A DNA stretch of 64,000 nt from SAR116 cluster bacterium AG-390-L20 (lineage in GTDB: Bacteria > Pseudomonadota > Alphaproteobacteria > Puniceispirillales > Marisalimonadaceae). Below are positions 16,278 through 27,952 of the stretch, piece by piece. The stretch is from positions 43,977-107,976 of the forward strand of contig QCHB01000005.1 in assembly GCA_003278095.1 (NCBI GenBank), read 5' to 3'. The position numbers and the translations under genes are program-made. The first letter of the stretch is position 1; every line of letters starts with the position of its first letter. The notes beneath the pieces are model-generated. The model searched no databases. It was not told the DNA's origin and saw only the letters and a list, made by a program, of their open reading frames with translations.

Positions 16278-16928
16278 TTGACACAGACTGTTGAATGGAA
16301 AATATCGAATAAGTTGATAAATTATGATTTTGCCATCTCAGTAATGGAAAAAAGAGTTTTAAATATAAAAAGAAACTCTGAGAAAGAATTAGTTTGGCTT
16401 TTAGAACATGAGTCTATCTACACAGCAGGAACATCTGCAAAAGATAACGATCTGATAAATAATAGAGTAGAAATTCGTCGTACTGGAAGAGGAGGACAAT
16501 GGACATGGCACGGTCCAGGTCAGAGAGTAGTATACTTGATGCTTAATCTTAAAAATAGAATACAAGACGTAAAAGCATATGTACATGCTCTTGAAGAATT
16601 AGTTATCTTATCATTAAGTGATTTCGATATCTATGGAGTAAGAATAAAAAATCAGCCAGGTGTCTGGGTAAATACAAACAACAGATTTGATAAAATTGCT
16701 GCTTTAGGCATTCGAATTTCTAGTTGGATCACTTATCATGGCATATCTATAAATCTAAATCCTAATCTAGAGGAATTTAAAAACATTGTACCATGTGGAA
16801 TTAAAGATAGTGGGATAACTAGCCTACATAAATTAAATAAGAATGTTTCATTTGACGAATTAGATAATAGTTTAAAAAAATATTTTGAAAAAATTTTTGG
16901 TGAAAATGGTTCATTTTTTATAAAGTAA
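16278..16928 (+). CDS. lipB: lipoyl(octanoyl) transferase
   Basis: RTGRGGQWTWHGPGQRVVY and ALGIR...HGISINL motifs; TTG start. Confidence 0.85.
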   Translation: MTQTVEWKISNKLINYDFAISVMEKRVLNIKRNSEKELVWLLEHESIYTAGTSAKDNDLINNRVEIRRTGRGGQWTWHGPGQRVVYLMLNLKNRIQDVKAYVHALEELVILSLSDFDIYGVRIKNQPGVWVNTNNRFDKIAALGIRISSWITYHGISINLNPNLEEFKNIVPCGIKDSGITSLHKLNKNVSFDELDNSLKKYFEKIFGENGSFFIK

Positions 16929-16934
16929 TTAATG

Positions 16935-17303
16935 TTATTTAAAAAAGTTGGTAAAACATTTCTTCAATATTTTGTGAGCTCTTAAACTATCTAATTTCAA
17001 GACATTGACACTATCTTTACTTTCAAAAAAACCTTCTTTTGGCCCTTCATAATGTAGTATCTGATTTCTTCTTAATCTTAGCCAATGAAAATCTCTAGAG
17101 TTTTTAAAATGATTGATATCTAATCCGTCAATATAATCTAAATTATTTTCATCTGATAAAATATTATCTATAATTGTGAGTGACAAAATTATAGTCGTTA
17201 CCCACATTTGATTTTGTGTAGATTTTTTATATTCTTCTAACAAAACCCTATTTTGTGGATTTAAATATTTGAAGTAATTATCTACACTCATTTTAGAAGT
17301 CAT
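16935..17303 (-). CDS. hypothetical protein
   Basis: 122-aa ORF, one hydrophobic segment, no motif recognised. Confidence 0.45.
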   Translation of the reverse strand: MTSKMSVDNYFKYLNPQNRVLLEEYKKSTQNQMWVTTIILSLTIIDNILSDENNLDYIDGLDINHFKNSRDFHWLRLRRNQILHYEGPKEGFFESKDSVNVLKLDSLRAHKILKKCFTNFFK

Positions 17304-17331
17304 TATAAGTAATATTTGTCATTAATGGGCA

Positions 17332-18039
17332 TTACGACCTAAGACAGTCTAAAAAATACATTGTTCTATTTAACTGAATATTAATCTTCTCTCTGTTTTT
17401 AGAAGCTTCATCTTCATAACCCCAGTTTTCAGCCTGCCATAATTCATCTAAATGTGATAGTTCAAAGACTTTTTCTTTAATTATGTCATTATTTAATATG
17501 CATAATGATAAAAATATAGATCCAGTTATGTTTGTAATTTTATGCAAAGCTATAATTTCTAAATCAGAAAATTTAGTTAAAAATTTAGTTATTTTAAACT
17601 TAATTCCTTTGTTTTGTTTTAAAGGCATTATACCTTTAAAAACATCTATTTTATTATTAATATATTTTTCAACTTTCAGCAAAATTGGATCCCAATTTTT
17701 ACTTTGCCATTGGACTAAATCATTAGGTTCTTCTGCTCTATAACAAATTAGGTCTGTATCAATAAAATTTAAAATCTCATTAACATATAATATTCTATTA
17801 TTACTAATTTTATCAATAGATGTAGATATAATTCCATAAAAAATCATAGCATCAGTGTCTATAATATTTTTATCTTGGTTCCACTCCCTATATATTTCTT
17901 CCGCTATTTTATAATTTTGGATTGTTATTTTTTTTTTCATAGGAGTTTTAAGAACATTTTCATCTAATAAAATTTCATATGAATTAATAGATTGTTTTTG
18001 TATTTTAACTGTTTTCCAAAACTTTCTCATTTTAAGCAA
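17332..18039 (-). CDS. ATP12 family F1-ATPase assembly chaperone
   Basis: N-terminal KFWKTVKI...YEILLDENVLKTPMKKKITI...IAEEIYREWNQ pattern typical of alphaproteobacterial ATP12, from memory of the family. Confidence 0.6.
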   Translation of the reverse strand: MLKMRKFWKTVKIQKQSINSYEILLDENVLKTPMKKKITIQNYKIAEEIYREWNQDKNIIDTDAMIFYGIISTSIDKISNNRILYVNEILNFIDTDLICYRAEEPNDLVQWQSKNWDPILLKVEKYINNKIDVFKGIMPLKQNKGIKFKITKFLTKFSDLEIIALHKITNITGSIFLSLCILNNDIIKEKVFELSHLDELWQAENWGYEDEASKNREKINIQLNRTMYFLDCLRS

Positions 18040-18715
18040 AAATAGTCTTCATTAATTTACCTAAATCATTTGCATTATTGACCAAATGCGTTGCTCCTGC
18101 AGTTGTTAATAACTCTCTACTATTATACCCCCAAGTTACACCTATACTGGTTATACCTGCATTTACACCTAATCCAATATCATTTATTGTATCACCAATT
18201 ATTACACAAAATTTATTTTGCACTCCCAAATCTTTCATTGCTTTTATAGCCATAGCAGGATTAGGCTTTGGAATATTCTCATCTGTACTTAAAGTAATAT
18301 CAAAAAATTCTGACAAATGGTGTTTTGCTAGACCATTAGTTAAGCCCACACGTGATTTATTTGTGGCTATCCCAATTAACCACCCATTAGTTTTCAGCTC
18401 TTTTATTAAATCAATGACCCCAGGGTAAAGTGGTTCATTTTGCAACCCTAATCTTCCTTGTTCTGCGTACCATGATCTATATGCTTCAGATATTTGCTCT
18501 GGTGTTACCTTAAATCCAGGTGGCATATATTCATCTAATGCAATATCAAGTGGTTTTCCTATATTTTCTCTTACTTTTTTTGGATCAGGGTCTGGTAAAC
18601 CACACATTCTAAACGCTGCAATCGCACCTTCGACTATCATAATTGCTGAGTCTACTATTGTTCCATCATAATCAAACAACGCTAATTTTACATTTTCAGA
18701 CAAAAAAAACTCCAA
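18032..18715 (-). CDS. HAD-superfamily hydrolase (phosphoglycolate phosphatase-like)
   Basis: Motif I LFDYDGTIVDS, motif II GIATNKS, motif IV GDTINDI. Confidence 0.8.
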   Translation of the reverse strand: MEFFLSENVKLALFDYDGTIVDSAIMIVEGAIAAFRMCGLPDPDPKKVRENIGKPLDIALDEYMPPGFKVTPEQISEAYRSWYAEQGRLGLQNEPLYPGVIDLIKELKTNGWLIGIATNKSRVGLTNGLAKHHLSEFFDITLSTDENIPKPNPAMAIKAMKDLGVQNKFCVIIGDTINDIGLGVNAGITSIGVTWGYNSRELLTTAGATHLVNNANDLGKLMKTIFA

Positions 18716-18718
18716 TAA

Positions 18719-19723
18719 TTACGTGAAAATTTTATCGATATTTTTTGGTAATTGTAAACCAAGAAATTTTAAATTTTTTTTAAAATCTTCAGAAACTTCA
18801 GCTTCAATTAAATCATTTGAAGGCATTCTAATTGAATAAGCATGTAATTGTAAATTCTTTATGCCGTAGTGACCCCATTTAATTTGCGAAATACTTTCAT
18901 GTTCTAATAATTTATGGTCTGAAGGATAGACTTTCAATGAACCAGTATACTTTTTATCCCCAACGATAGGAGTGTTTATATGCTCTAAATGGACTCTTAA
19001 TTGGTGAGTTCGACCTGTCTTTGGATAAAGAGCCAATAGAGCAATTCGTGAACTAACTTTGTCTAAAACTTTATATTCAGTAATTGCTTTTTTTCCTTTA
19101 TGATGATTAACAATCATTTTTTTTTGATCTTTAATACCCCCTTTAAAAATAGGTAAGTCAATAACTCCCATTTCAGTTGATGGACAAGGTGACACTATAG
19201 CTAAATAAGTTTTAATTATTTTTCTTTGCTTGAAGTAATTTGAAAATGTTTTAGCCGTTTGTTGATCTTTTGCAACTAGTAATAATCCTGAAGTATCTTT
19301 ATCAATTCTATGAACAAGTTTAGTGAGGTTAGCATCTTTGAATAAATATCTTAACATACCATCGATGTGATATTTTTGTGAAGTTCCACCCTGTACAGCA
19401 AGACCTGAGGGTTTATTTATAGCTATATATTCTTTAGTCTCCTTGATTAAAATCTTGTTATAGAGGTTTCTATAAAATAATATAATATTTTCATCCCAAT
19501 GCTCCTTGATATTTTTTTTCTCAAAGTTTATTTTATTAGTATATGATATTATTTGATCTGACTTGACTTTAACCGATGACTTTATTTTTTTGTTATCTAA
19601 TAAAATCAATCCTAATCTTAAATGTTTTTCTAATACTGATTGATTTATATATCCTAATAATCTTCTTAAACATCTATCAAACCTAGATCCATCCTCTGAA
19701 TTTGGAACCTTAATATTTCTCAT
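18719..19723 (-). CDS. RluA-family 23S rRNA pseudouridine synthase (RluC/RluD-like)
   Basis: Catalytic HRIDKDTSGLLLVAK motif, GRTHQLRVH motif, N-terminal S4-like segment. Confidence 0.85.
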   Translation of the reverse strand: MRNIKVPNSEDGSRFDRCLRRLLGYINQSVLEKHLRLGLILLDNKKIKSSVKVKSDQIISYTNKINFEKKNIKEHWDENIILFYRNLYNKILIKETKEYIAINKPSGLAVQGGTSQKYHIDGMLRYLFKDANLTKLVHRIDKDTSGLLLVAKDQQTAKTFSNYFKQRKIIKTYLAIVSPCPSTEMGVIDLPIFKGGIKDQKKMIVNHHKGKKAITEYKVLDKVSSRIALLALYPKTGRTHQLRVHLEHINTPIVGDKKYTGSLKVYPSDHKLLEHESISQIKWGHYGIKNLQLHAYSIRMPSNDLIEAEVSEDFKKNLKFLGLQLPKNIDKIFT

Positions 19724-19756
19724 TTAAATTAATCCATTTTTGATTATAATTTTTAG

Positions 19757-20611
19757 TTAAACACCAAATATCCATCCTTCTTTTTTAGACATATTTGGAA
19801 CGTTCCATATATGTTTTTGAGAAGAAAAATATCTTAAAGCTGCACAAGAAATAATTGCATCTGCATCATCTTGGTCTGGACCACCAATTACTTGATTTTT
19901 AACAAGCGGCTTTGAATTAAAAAAACTCAAACATTTATTAATATTTTCAAACGTGTATCCAACATTTTTTTCAGGCTTAATTGAAGAAAGTCTAAAATAA
20001 TAAGTAGGGAAAATTTCTACAAAAACACTTTTGTTTAATATTTTATAATTATCAAAAGGCCATATATTTACTTGGTTATTAAATAAATTAAGCATTCTCA
20101 TTCCTGCCAAAGATCCTGTCCCTACTGCACCTGGGCCTACACAATTGAAAGTTGGACTAGGTGAATGCATTTTGTTTTTTGCATGAATTTCTGTTATTCT
20201 TCTTCTACTAATATAAAGCTTACCTTTTGAATTTGGAGCATTGTAAAAGTAACAATATGGTTTTTGGTTCCATATTTCTCCACCATATAAATTTCCTTTT
20301 TCTTGGTTAATTATATCAATAATTGACCATAAACTTTTAACATTTGTCGGGCTTTCTTTGATACCAGGGAAATATGAAAAACGATCATAAAATGGATAAG
20401 AAAATGCAAAATCAAATCCTACCAGTGATTTTTCTTTGACTAATATTTTATTTAGCCAATCTATTAAGTTATGACGCGACCAATACTTGTCTGGCGATTT
20501 AATGATTTTTGGGACATCAACTCCATTTTTACATAAGGAAACACTTATACCTTTTTGAAATTTATTTTTGTCTCCCGACCAATCTATTCCAATATAATTT
20601 TCAAAATACAT
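19757..20611 (-). CDS. conserved hypothetical protein
   Basis: 284-aa ORF starting MYFENYIGIDWSG; possibly an RNase H-like/DUF429-type fold, which I cannot confirm. Confidence 0.5.
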   Translation of the reverse strand: MYFENYIGIDWSGDKNKFQKGISVSLCKNGVDVPKIIKSPDKYWSRHNLIDWLNKILVKEKSLVGFDFAFSYPFYDRFSYFPGIKESPTNVKSLWSIIDIINQEKGNLYGGEIWNQKPYCYFYNAPNSKGKLYISRRRITEIHAKNKMHSPSPTFNCVGPGAVGTGSLAGMRMLNLFNNQVNIWPFDNYKILNKSVFVEIFPTYYFRLSSIKPEKNVGYTFENINKCLSFFNSKPLVKNQVIGGPDQDDADAIISCAALRYFSSQKHIWNVPNMSKKEGWIFGV

Positions 20612-20620
20612 AGTTTTCTC

Positions 20621-20652
20621 AAAAAAAAACCGTTCCTAAGAAAAGAACGGTT
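20621..20652 (-). terminator. Rho-independent terminator after rplQ
   Basis: On the minus strand: AACCGTTC-ttttcttag-GAACGGTT followed by a run of T. Confidence 0.75.
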
Positions 20653-20675
20653 TGTGTTCTAATTTAATATTGTTA

Positions 20676-21116
20676 CTAACTAACAACAGCTTCTTTAAGT
20701 TCGTCTGAACTCTCAGTTGTATTTTGAACTGGCCCACTGTCTAACCCTCTTGCATCTTCGTCACGGTCGACTAATTCTATAACAGCCATTGCAGCAGCAT
20801 CTCCATACCTATAACCAGCCTTTAAAACACGTGTATATCCACCCGCTCTATCAGCATATCGTGAAGCAAGGGTTCCAAATAGTTTTGTTACCATTTTATC
20901 GTCTCGCAATTTCGAATATGCTTGTCTTTTAGCATGTAGACTTCCTTTTTTGGCTAAAGTAATGAGTTTATCTACTATAGGTTTCATGGTTTTAGCTTTT
21001 GGTAAAGTGGTTATTATTTGCTCATGCTTAATAATAGCTTGGGCCATATTTTTAAATAAAGCTTTCCTATGAGAGGAAGTTCTATTTAATTTTTTACCTT
21101 TAATTTTATGTTTCAT
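20676..21116 (-). CDS. rplQ: 50S ribosomal protein L17
   Basis: [25 protein letters not shown]; follows rpoA. Confidence 0.95.
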   Translation of the reverse strand: MKHKIKGKKLNRTSSHRKALFKNMAQAIIKHEQIITTLPKAKTMKPIVDKLITLAKKGSLHAKRQAYSKLRDDKMVTKLFGTLASRYADRAGGYTRVLKAGYRYGDAAAMAVIELVDRDEDARGLDSGPVQNTTESSDELKEAVVS

Positions 21117-21144
21117 CTGTGTCTCCTAAGGAATTTTTTAAAAG

Positions 21145-22161
21145 CTAAAACGGTTCTTCAATTCTTTTAACTAATTCTTCAATATTCTCGGGTGGCCAAT
21201 TCTCTACATCCATTCCAAGTTCTAAACCCATCACTTTTAACACTTCTCTTATTTCATTCAAACTTTTTCTACCGAAATTAGGAGTTCGTAACATTTCAGG
21301 TTCTGATCTTTGAACTAAATCTCCTATATATACTATATTGTCATTCTTTAAACAATTTGCAGATCTGACTGAAAGTTCTAACTCATCAACTTTACGTAGA
21401 AGATTCTTATTGAAAGGTAAATCTTCAAGAACTTCTGGAACCTCTTCTTCTTCTGGTTCTTCAAAGTTAATAAAGTTATTTAATTGATCTTGCATAATTC
21501 TAGCAGAAAATGCAACCGCGTCTTCTGGTGAAACTGATCCATCAGTTGTAACCATTAAAGATAATTTATCATAATCTGTTTGTTGACCAACACGAGCATT
21601 ATCAACATTATATGAAACTTGAACTACAGGGCTAAAAATTGCATCAATCGGAATAACACCGATTGGAATGTCTTCTTTTCTGTTAATTGAAGAGGAAACA
21701 TATCCTTTTCCATTTTCTACAGAAAACTCTATATTAAGTTTGGCTCCTTGATCTAAAGTACATATTTCATGATCTTTATTCATTATTTCAACTTCGGGTG
21801 GACATACTATCATGCCTGCAGTTATTGTTGAAGGTCCGTCAACATTTAATTGAATTTTTTTAATTCCATCAAAATCCATTCTGACCTTTATACCTTTTAC
21901 ATTCAATATTATGTCAGTAAGATCTTCTCTAACACCTGGTATTGAAGAAAACTCATGAAGTACACCTTGAACTTGTATTGAAGTAATAGCGGATCCTTGG
22001 AGTGAAGATAATAATATTCTTCTAAGAGCATTTCCAATGGTCACTCCATAACCTCTCTCAAGAGGTTCTGCTATTATAGTTGAAGTGTATTCAGGATTTT
22101 GCTCATTTCTTACTTCTAACTTAGAAGGCTTTATTATTTCTTTCCAATTCTTTTCAATCAT
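21145..22161 (-). CDS. rpoA: DNA-directed RNA polymerase subunit alpha
   Basis: 338 aa; [11 protein letters not shown] and C-terminal [12 protein letters not shown] motifs. Confidence 0.95.
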   Translation of the reverse strand: MIEKNWKEIIKPSKLEVRNEQNPEYTSTIIAEPLERGYGVTIGNALRRILLSSLQGSAITSIQVQGVLHEFSSIPGVREDLTDIILNVKGIKVRMDFDGIKKIQLNVDGPSTITAGMIVCPPEVEIMNKDHEICTLDQGAKLNIEFSVENGKGYVSSSINRKEDIPIGVIPIDAIFSPVVQVSYNVDNARVGQQTDYDKLSLMVTTDGSVSPEDAVAFSARIMQDQLNNFINFEEPEEEEVPEVLEDLPFNKNLLRKVDELELSVRSANCLKNDNIVYIGDLVQRSEPEMLRTPNFGRKSLNEIREVLKVMGLELGMDVENWPPENIEELVKRIEEPF

Positions 22162-22216
22162 GATTGCTCTCTATAAATAAAAAACTTAGTTTTTGTAATT
22201 GTTTTAAATAAATTGT

Positions 22217-22612
22217 CTAAACTCTTCTTCTTTTTTTTGGTCTACAACCGTTATGTGGTATAGGTGTAACATCTCTTATCGAGTTAACTTGAAATCCAAT
22301 GGTTTGAAGAGCTCTTAGAGCAGACTCTCTTCCAGAGCCAGGACCTTGCACTTGAATATCAACAGTTTTTACACCATGTTCTGAAGCTTTTTTGCCAGCA
22401 TCCTCTGCAGCTAGTTGAGCAGCATAAGGAGTAGATTTTCTAGATCCTTTAAAACCCATACTTCCTGATGAAGACCATGAAATGGCATTTCCTTGAATGT
22501 CCGTTATTGTAACGACAGTATTATTAAATGATGAATTAACATGAGCTACAGCATTAGTAACATTCTTTTTTTCTTTACGTCGTATTCTTGTTTGAATAGG
22601 TTGTTTAACCAT
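22217..22612 (-). CDS. rpsK: 30S ribosomal protein S11
   Basis: [16 protein letters not shown]...[14 protein letters not shown]. Confidence 0.95.
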   Translation of the reverse strand: MVKQPIQTRIRRKEKKNVTNAVAHVNSSFNNTVVTITDIQGNAISWSSSGSMGFKGSRKSTPYAAQLAAEDAGKKASEHGVKTVDIQVQGPGSGRESALRALQTIGFQVNSIRDVTPIPHNGCRPKKRRRV

Positions 22613-22636
22613 AATATTAAATTCTCCTTTTAAGGA

Positions 22637-23005
22637 TTACTTCTTTTTACCTGCAATTGCCTTTGCAGGACCTTTTCTAGTTCTAGCATTTGTATGAGTT
22701 CTTTGTCCTCTAACTGGTAAATTTTTTCTATGTCTTAAGCCCCTTAAACAACCTAAATCTAAATACCTTTTAATATCCATAGAAGTTTTTCTTCTTAAAT
22801 CACCTTCAACAAGGTAATCAGCGTCAATTATATCTCGTATTTTGGTAAGTTCATCTTCAGATAAATTATTAATTCTTTTATCTTCAGTTATTCCCACCTT
22901 TTTACAAATATTTTTTGAACCCGTTAATCCTATACCATGAACGTAAGTAAGTGCAATGTGAACACGCTTATTAGTTGGTACATTTACTCCTGCAATTCTT
23001 GCCAC
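22637..23005 (-). CDS. rpsM: 30S ribosomal protein S13
   Basis: GTG start at 23005 ([10 protein letters not shown]) preceded by AAGGAG; the 16-aa extension in the ORF track is not S13-like. Confidence 0.9.
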   Translation of the reverse strand: MARIAGVNVPTNKRVHIALTYVHGIGLTGSKNICKKVGITEDKRINNLSEDELTKIRDIIDADYLVEGDLRRKTSMDIKRYLDLGCLRGLRHRKNLPVRGQRTHTNARTRKGPAKAIAGKKK

Positions 23006-23102
23006 TAATTTCTCCTTTTCTACCAAAATTAAGGATCTATTTAAACCTAACAAATCCGGGATTGTAATCTTTACAAAGACACAGTCAACTTTTTTTACAT
23101 CA

Positions 23103-23666
23103 TCACAAAATATTGAGAATATCTTGAGATACCTTTTCTATACTTTGCATTCCATTTATTGTGTTAAGTTTTTTTAAATTTTTATAATAATCTATTACAG
23201 GCATAGTATCTTTTTTGTATACTATTATACGATTTTTTAGAATTGCAGAGTTATCGTCATTTCTAATACTTTCATTTTCTAATGCTCTTTTATTTATTCT
23301 TTCTAACAACAAGTTTTCATCAACTTCAATTTGTATAACATTGTCTATTTTAATCTTTAAATCTTCTAATAATCCGTCTAACTCTACTGCCTGATTTAAA
23401 GTTCTAGGAAAACCATCTAATATGAACCCATTATTACAATCTGACATTTGTATTCTTTTTTTAATCATAGCAATTATTATGTTATCTGAAACTAAATCTC
23501 CACGGTCCATTATAGATTTAGCACTTTTACCTAAGTCAGACTGAGACTTAACTTCATCTCTTAACATATCGCCTGTAGAAATTTGAACTATATCGAACTT
23601 ATCAATTAACATTTTGGCTTGTGTACCTTTGCCAGCACCTGGAGGCCCAAATAATATAAAATTCAT
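23103..23666 (-). CDS. adk: adenylate kinase (short form)
   Basis: P-loop [10 protein letters not shown]; 187 aa; between secY and rpsM. Confidence 0.9.
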   Translation of the reverse strand: MNFILFGPPGAGKGTQAKMLIDKFDIVQISTGDMLRDEVKSQSDLGKSAKSIMDRGDLVSDNIIIAMIKKRIQMSDCNNGFILDGFPRTLNQAVELDGLLEDLKIKIDNVIQIEVDENLLLERINKRALENESIRNDDNSAILKNRIIVYKKDTMPVIDYYKNLKKLNTINGMQSIEKVSQDILNIL

Positions 23667-24995
23667 CTACCGCCTACTTCCTCTTAATTTTGATTTTTTA
23701 ATTAATCCTGAGTATCTGTGTGCAATTAAATGTGATTGAGCTTGAGATACTGTATCCATAGAAACGGTAACAACGATTAGTAAACTAGTACCACCTAAAT
23801 AAAAAGGAATTGAGTATTTTGATATTAAAATTTCTGGTAAAATACAAACAGCAGCTAAATAAGTAGCTCCAATTGCTGTAAGTCTTGTTAACACAAAATC
23901 TAAATAATCAGCAGTTGGAGGTCCAGGTCTAATACCTGGTACATAACCACCATTCTTTTTCAAGTTATCTGCGGTTTCATCAGGGTTAAAAACTATTGCT
24001 GTATAGAAAAATGCGAAAAACACAATTAAGCTAATGTATAATGCCAAATATAAAGGTTGCCCTCTTCCAAAATATGAATTCAAAGTTAAGATCCATTCGG
24101 AACTGTTATTATCCAAACCCGAAAAAGAAGATAATGACGTAGGTAATAGTAAGAGGGCTGATGCAAAAATTGGAGGAATAACACCAGGAACATTAATTTT
24201 CAATGGCAAGTGAGATGAATCACCTGCAAACATCTTATTGCCCATTTGCCTTTTTGGATATTGTACAATTATTTTCCTTTGCGAACGCTCTATAAATACA
24301 ATAAAAACTATTACCGCTATGGCAAGCATTAGAATTGCAATAATTAAGAATGTAGAAATTGACCCAGTTCTACCTTGTTCTAAAATTTGTGCAATAGCTC
24401 TAGGTAATTCAGCAACGATCCCTGAAAAAATAATTAATGAAACACCATTTCCTATGCCTCTTGATGTTATCTGCTCCCCTAGCCATAACAAAAACATAAC
24501 TGATCCAACCAAAGTAACTACAGTAGTTACTTTAAAAAAAACACCAGGATTATTAACTAGTGAACCTGAAGCACCTGTTGTGCTTTCTAAAGCTACTGCA
24601 AATCCATAAGCTTGGACTGTTGCTAATAAGACAGTTAAGTATCTAGTATATTGATTAATAGTTTTTCTTCCTGACTCGCCATCTTTTTTTAATTGAGACA
24701 TTTGAGGAGAAATAGAAGTCATCAATTGCATTATTATTGAGGCCGATATATATGGAAGAATTGTTAGCGCAAAAATTGTCATACGACCTAAAGCACCACC
24801 AGAAAACATATTGAACATTCCAAGAACGCCATTATTAGCATTATTAACAATTTCCGATAAAGCAACTGCATTAATGCCTGGAACAGGTATATAAGTCCCT
24901 AATCTGTATACGATTAAAGCTATAAGAGTAAATATAATTCTTTGACGTAGCTCAGTGGCCTGACCTAAAACCCCGAACATACTTTCGTTAGCCAT
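23667..24995 (-). CDS. secY: preprotein translocase subunit SecY
   Basis: 442 aa, 10 hydrophobic helices, conserved position in the spc operon. Confidence 0.95.
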   Translation of the reverse strand: MANESMFGVLGQATELRQRIIFTLIALIVYRLGTYIPVPGINAVALSEIVNNANNGVLGMFNMFSGGALGRMTIFALTILPYISASIIMQLMTSISPQMSQLKKDGESGRKTINQYTRYLTVLLATVQAYGFAVALESTTGASGSLVNNPGVFFKVTTVVTLVGSVMFLLWLGEQITSRGIGNGVSLIIFSGIVAELPRAIAQILEQGRTGSISTFLIIAILMLAIAVIVFIVFIERSQRKIIVQYPKRQMGNKMFAGDSSHLPLKINVPGVIPPIFASALLLLPTSLSSFSGLDNNSSEWILTLNSYFGRGQPLYLALYISLIVFFAFFYTAIVFNPDETADNLKKNGGYVPGIRPGPPTADYLDFVLTRLTAIGATYLAAVCILPEILISKYSIPFYLGGTSLLIVVTVSMDTVSQAQSHLIAHRYSGLIKKSKLRGSRR

Positions 24996-24998
24996 TAA

Positions 24999-25499
24999 TT
25001 AAACTCCAGATTTCTTTGGTGGGATTTTAACCAGTTTATTATTTTCTATGATAGTGATTGAACCGCCTACTTTATCCACAATCTCTTTTGCTGAATTAGA
25101 AGCAGCAGCAACTTCAATATTAATTTTAGTTTTTATTTCGCCTTTAGCCAAAAGTTTAATCTTAGATCTCAAAGTTTTAACTATGCCTAAATCAAATAAC
25201 GTTTGATAATTAATTATTTTTTTTGGATCAATTTTGTTATCATTTATTAGACTTTGTATTCTGTTAAAATTTAATACAACATAAGGCACTCTATTTATAT
25301 TGGTAAATCCTCTTTTTGGTAATCTTCTGTGGATAGGCATTTGGCCACCTTCAAAACCTTTAATAGATACTCCGGACCTAGCCTTTTGACCTTTATGACC
25401 TTTTCCAGAAGTTTTTCCAGTTCCAGAACCTATACCTCTGCCAACTCTTTTTTTATTTTTTGTTGAGTGTTTGTTATCTTTAATTACATTTAAATTCAT
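24999..25499 (-). CDS. rplO: 50S ribosomal protein L15
   Basis: KRVGRGIGSGTGKTSGKGHKGQKARSG. Confidence 0.95.
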   Translation of the reverse strand: MNLNVIKDNKHSTKNKKRVGRGIGSGTGKTSGKGHKGQKARSGVSIKGFEGGQMPIHRRLPKRGFTNINRVPYVVLNFNRIQSLINDNKIDPKKIINYQTLFDLGIVKTLRSKIKLLAKGEIKTKINIEVAAASNSAKEIVDKVGGSITIIENNKLVKIPPKKSGV

Positions 25500-25531
25500 A
25501 TTTAACCCCTAATCCAGTCTAATTTTATTTT

Positions 25532-25714
25532 TTAGCTAACTTCAACCAGATGTTTTACCTTATTTATCATGCCCCTAATTGAAGGGGTGTCATTTAAAAC
25601 TTTACTTCTACCAATTTTATTTAAACCCAGACCTATCAATGTTTTTTTCTGATCTGATTGTCTACCAATAGGACTTTTCTTTTGAGTAACAACGAGTGTA
25701 TTCTTATCTGACAT
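25532..25714 (-). CDS. rpmD: 50S ribosomal protein L30
   Basis: 60 aa; [12 protein letters not shown]...[11 protein letters not shown]. Confidence 0.9.
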   Translation of the reverse strand: MSDKNTLVVTQKKSPIGRQSDQKKTLIGLGLNKIGRSKVLNDTPSIRGMINKVKHLVEVS

Positions 25715-25722
25715 TACAACAC

Positions 25723-26289
25723 CTAACTAGCTTTAGAATTTTTGTTTATTTCTGATTTAGGTTGATTACCAAAAATTTCAGCAACTTTCATACTTCTTTT
25801 ATTGGCAATGCTTCTTGGGGAATTCATTGAGTTGAAGGCATCAAATGTTGCTTTTATCATATTATGGGGGTTTGACGTTCCTATTGATTTTGCAACTACA
25901 TCTTGTACCCCAAGTGTTTCAAATACAGCCCGCATAGGACCACCAGCAATTATACCAGTTCCAGATGGTGCACTCCTTAATACAACTCTTCCAGCACCAT
26001 AGTGACCTTTCATATCGTGATGCAAAGTTCTTCCTTCCTTCATTGGAACCTTAACCATATTTTTTTTTGCATCGTCAGTAGCTTTTTTTATAGCTTCAGG
26101 TACCTCTTTAGCTTTACCAGTTCCAAAACCAACTTTACCTCTTTGGTCCCCAACTACAACTAGAGCAGCAAATCCAAAACGTCTTCCACCTTTAACAACT
26201 TTAGCAACACGATTTATACCAACTAACTTATCAACTAAGTCGTTATCTTCTTTATTATTTTTTTTATCTTGTTTATCAATTCTTGCCAT
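25723..26289 (-). CDS. rpsE: 30S ribosomal protein S5
   Basis: [24 protein letters not shown]. Confidence 0.95.
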   Translation of the reverse strand: MARIDKQDKKNNKEDNDLVDKLVGINRVAKVVKGGRRFGFAALVVVGDQRGKVGFGTGKAKEVPEAIKKATDDAKKNMVKVPMKEGRTLHHDMKGHYGAGRVVLRSAPSGTGIIAGGPMRAVFETLGVQDVVAKSIGTSNPHNMIKATFDAFNSMNSPRSIANKRSMKVAEIFGNQPKSEINKNSKAS

Positions 26290-26298
26290 TACAAACCC

Positions 26299-26661
26299 CT
26301 AAAATATTAATCCGCCTTCTCTAGCTGCTTCTGCTAGGTTCTTAACTCTGCCATGATAAATATATCCACCTCTATCAAATACAACTTTTTTTATTCCTTT
26401 TGTAAGAGCCTTTTCAGCTATTAATTTACCTACTGAGGTTGCCGCTTCTTTATTTCCACAATTTTTAAATTGTTTTTTTACGTTAGTTTCTAGACTTGAA
26501 GCAGATGCAACAGTTATACCTTTATTATCGTCAATTATTTGACCATAAATATGTTTACTTGACCTAAATACAGTTAATCTTAATTTACCATTTGACTTAG
26601 TTTTCAAAGCTTTTCTATTTCTATTTTTTCTTCTATTATGAAGGGTCATTGAATTATTCAT
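26299..26661 (-). CDS. rplR: 50S ribosomal protein L18
   Basis: [18 protein letters not shown]...[24 protein letters not shown]. Confidence 0.95.
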   Translation of the reverse strand: MNNSMTLHNRRKNRNRKALKTKSNGKLRLTVFRSSKHIYGQIIDDNKGITVASASSLETNVKKQFKNCGNKEAATSVGKLIAEKALTKGIKKVVFDRGGYIYHGRVKNLAEAAREGGLIF

Positions 26662-26669
26662 AAATACCT

Positions 26670-27203
26670 CTATTTTTTCTTACCTTCTTTACGTAAAATA
26701 AATTCGTCAGCATATCTTATTCCTTTTCCTTTAAATGGTTCGGGAGGTCTTTTTGATCGTATCATTGCTGCAAATTCACCAAGTTTCTGTTTATCAGCAC
26801 CAGAAATTGTAAATTTTGTGTTTCCATCCATCTTCACCATAATACCCTCGGGCACTTCAATTTCAACGGGGTGACTAAGACCTAGACTAAGTGATAATGT
26901 CTTACCTTGTAATACACCTCTATAACCAACGCCAACAATCTCCATATCTTTTGTAAAACCTTGACTAACCCCTGAAACAGCATTATTTATGAGTGCTCGG
27001 GTTGTACCCCAGATCGCCTTACTTTTTGCATCATTATTTTTTGGTTCAACTGATATTGTCTTATCTTTTATAGTAACATTAACAGTACTACTCACTGGAG
27101 CAGTTAATTCACCTTTTAACCCCTTTGCCCAAAAATTATTACCTTCATGCTTAACTTCAATACCATCAGGGATTTTTATAATGGCCTGACCAATTCTAGA
27201 CAT
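26670..27203 (-). CDS. rplF: 50S ribosomal protein L6
   Basis: [17 protein letters not shown]...[10 protein letters not shown]. Confidence 0.95.
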   Translation of the reverse strand: MSRIGQAIIKIPDGIEVKHEGNNFWAKGLKGELTAPVSSTVNVTIKDKTISVEPKNNDAKSKAIWGTTRALINNAVSGVSQGFTKDMEIVGVGYRGVLQGKTLSLSLGLSHPVEIEVPEGIMVKMDGNTKFTISGADKQKLGEFAAMIRSKRPPEPFKGKGIRYADEFILRKEGKKK

Positions 27204-27215
27204 CTATTTATACTC

Positions 27216-27614
27216 CTAAAATACTTGACAAAGAACTTCGCCACCAACATGGGCAGCTCTTGCTTCATTATCGCTCATAACACCTCTTGGAGTTGATAAT
27301 ATTGATATTCCAAGACCATTATATGTTCTAGGTAAATCGCTTATACTTGAGTAAACTCTTCTACCAGGGGTTGATACTCTTTTTATTTCACTTATTACAG
27401 GCTTACCTTCATAATATTTTAGTTCTATTTTAAATTCATGAATTCCAGGCCGCCTTTCAAATTTAGAGAAATTACGAATATAACCCTCCCTTTTTAAAAC
27501 ATCTAAAACGTTTGCCCTAAATCTAGACGCAGGAGCTTCTACAACTGTTTTATTAGCTGTCTGACCATTTCTAATTCTAGTTAACATATCTCCAAGCGTA
27601 TCACTCATTGACAT
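27216..27614 (-). CDS. rpsH: 30S ribosomal protein S8
   Basis: [14 protein letters not shown]...GGEVLCQVF. Confidence 0.95.
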   Translation of the reverse strand: MSMSDTLGDMLTRIRNGQTANKTVVEAPASRFRANVLDVLKREGYIRNFSKFERRPGIHEFKIELKYYEGKPVISEIKRVSTPGRRVYSSISDLPRTYNGLGISILSTPRGVMSDNEARAAHVGGEVLCQVF

Positions 27615-27627
27615 AATTAATACCTTT

Positions 27628-27933
27628 CTACCAACTTGATTTAACCATACCCGGAATCTGTCCAGATAAAGCTAATTCTCTTAATGCAATACGTGACATT
27701 TTAACTTTCCTATAATAGCCACGAGGCCTACCTGTAATTAGACATCTATTTCTAAGCCTAATCTTTGCTCCATTTCTGGGCATTTCAGATAATTTGAGTT
27801 GAGCTTCAAAACGCTCTTCAATAGAAAGAGATCTATTACTACAAATTGCTTTTAATCTATCTCTTCTTGATTTATTTTTTTTAACCTGTATTTCTTTATT
27901 CAGGTTTTTTTGGATAGCACTTTTTTTGGCCAT
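27628..27933 (-). CDS. rpsN: 30S ribosomal protein S14
   Basis: 101 aa; [37 protein letters not shown]. Confidence 0.95.
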   Translation of the reverse strand: MAKKSAIQKNLNKEIQVKKNKSRRDRLKAICSNRSLSIEERFEAQLKLSEMPRNGAKIRLRNRCLITGRPRGYYRKVKMSRIALRELALSGQIPGMVKSSW

Positions 27934-27952
27934 CTATATCTCCTAATAAAAA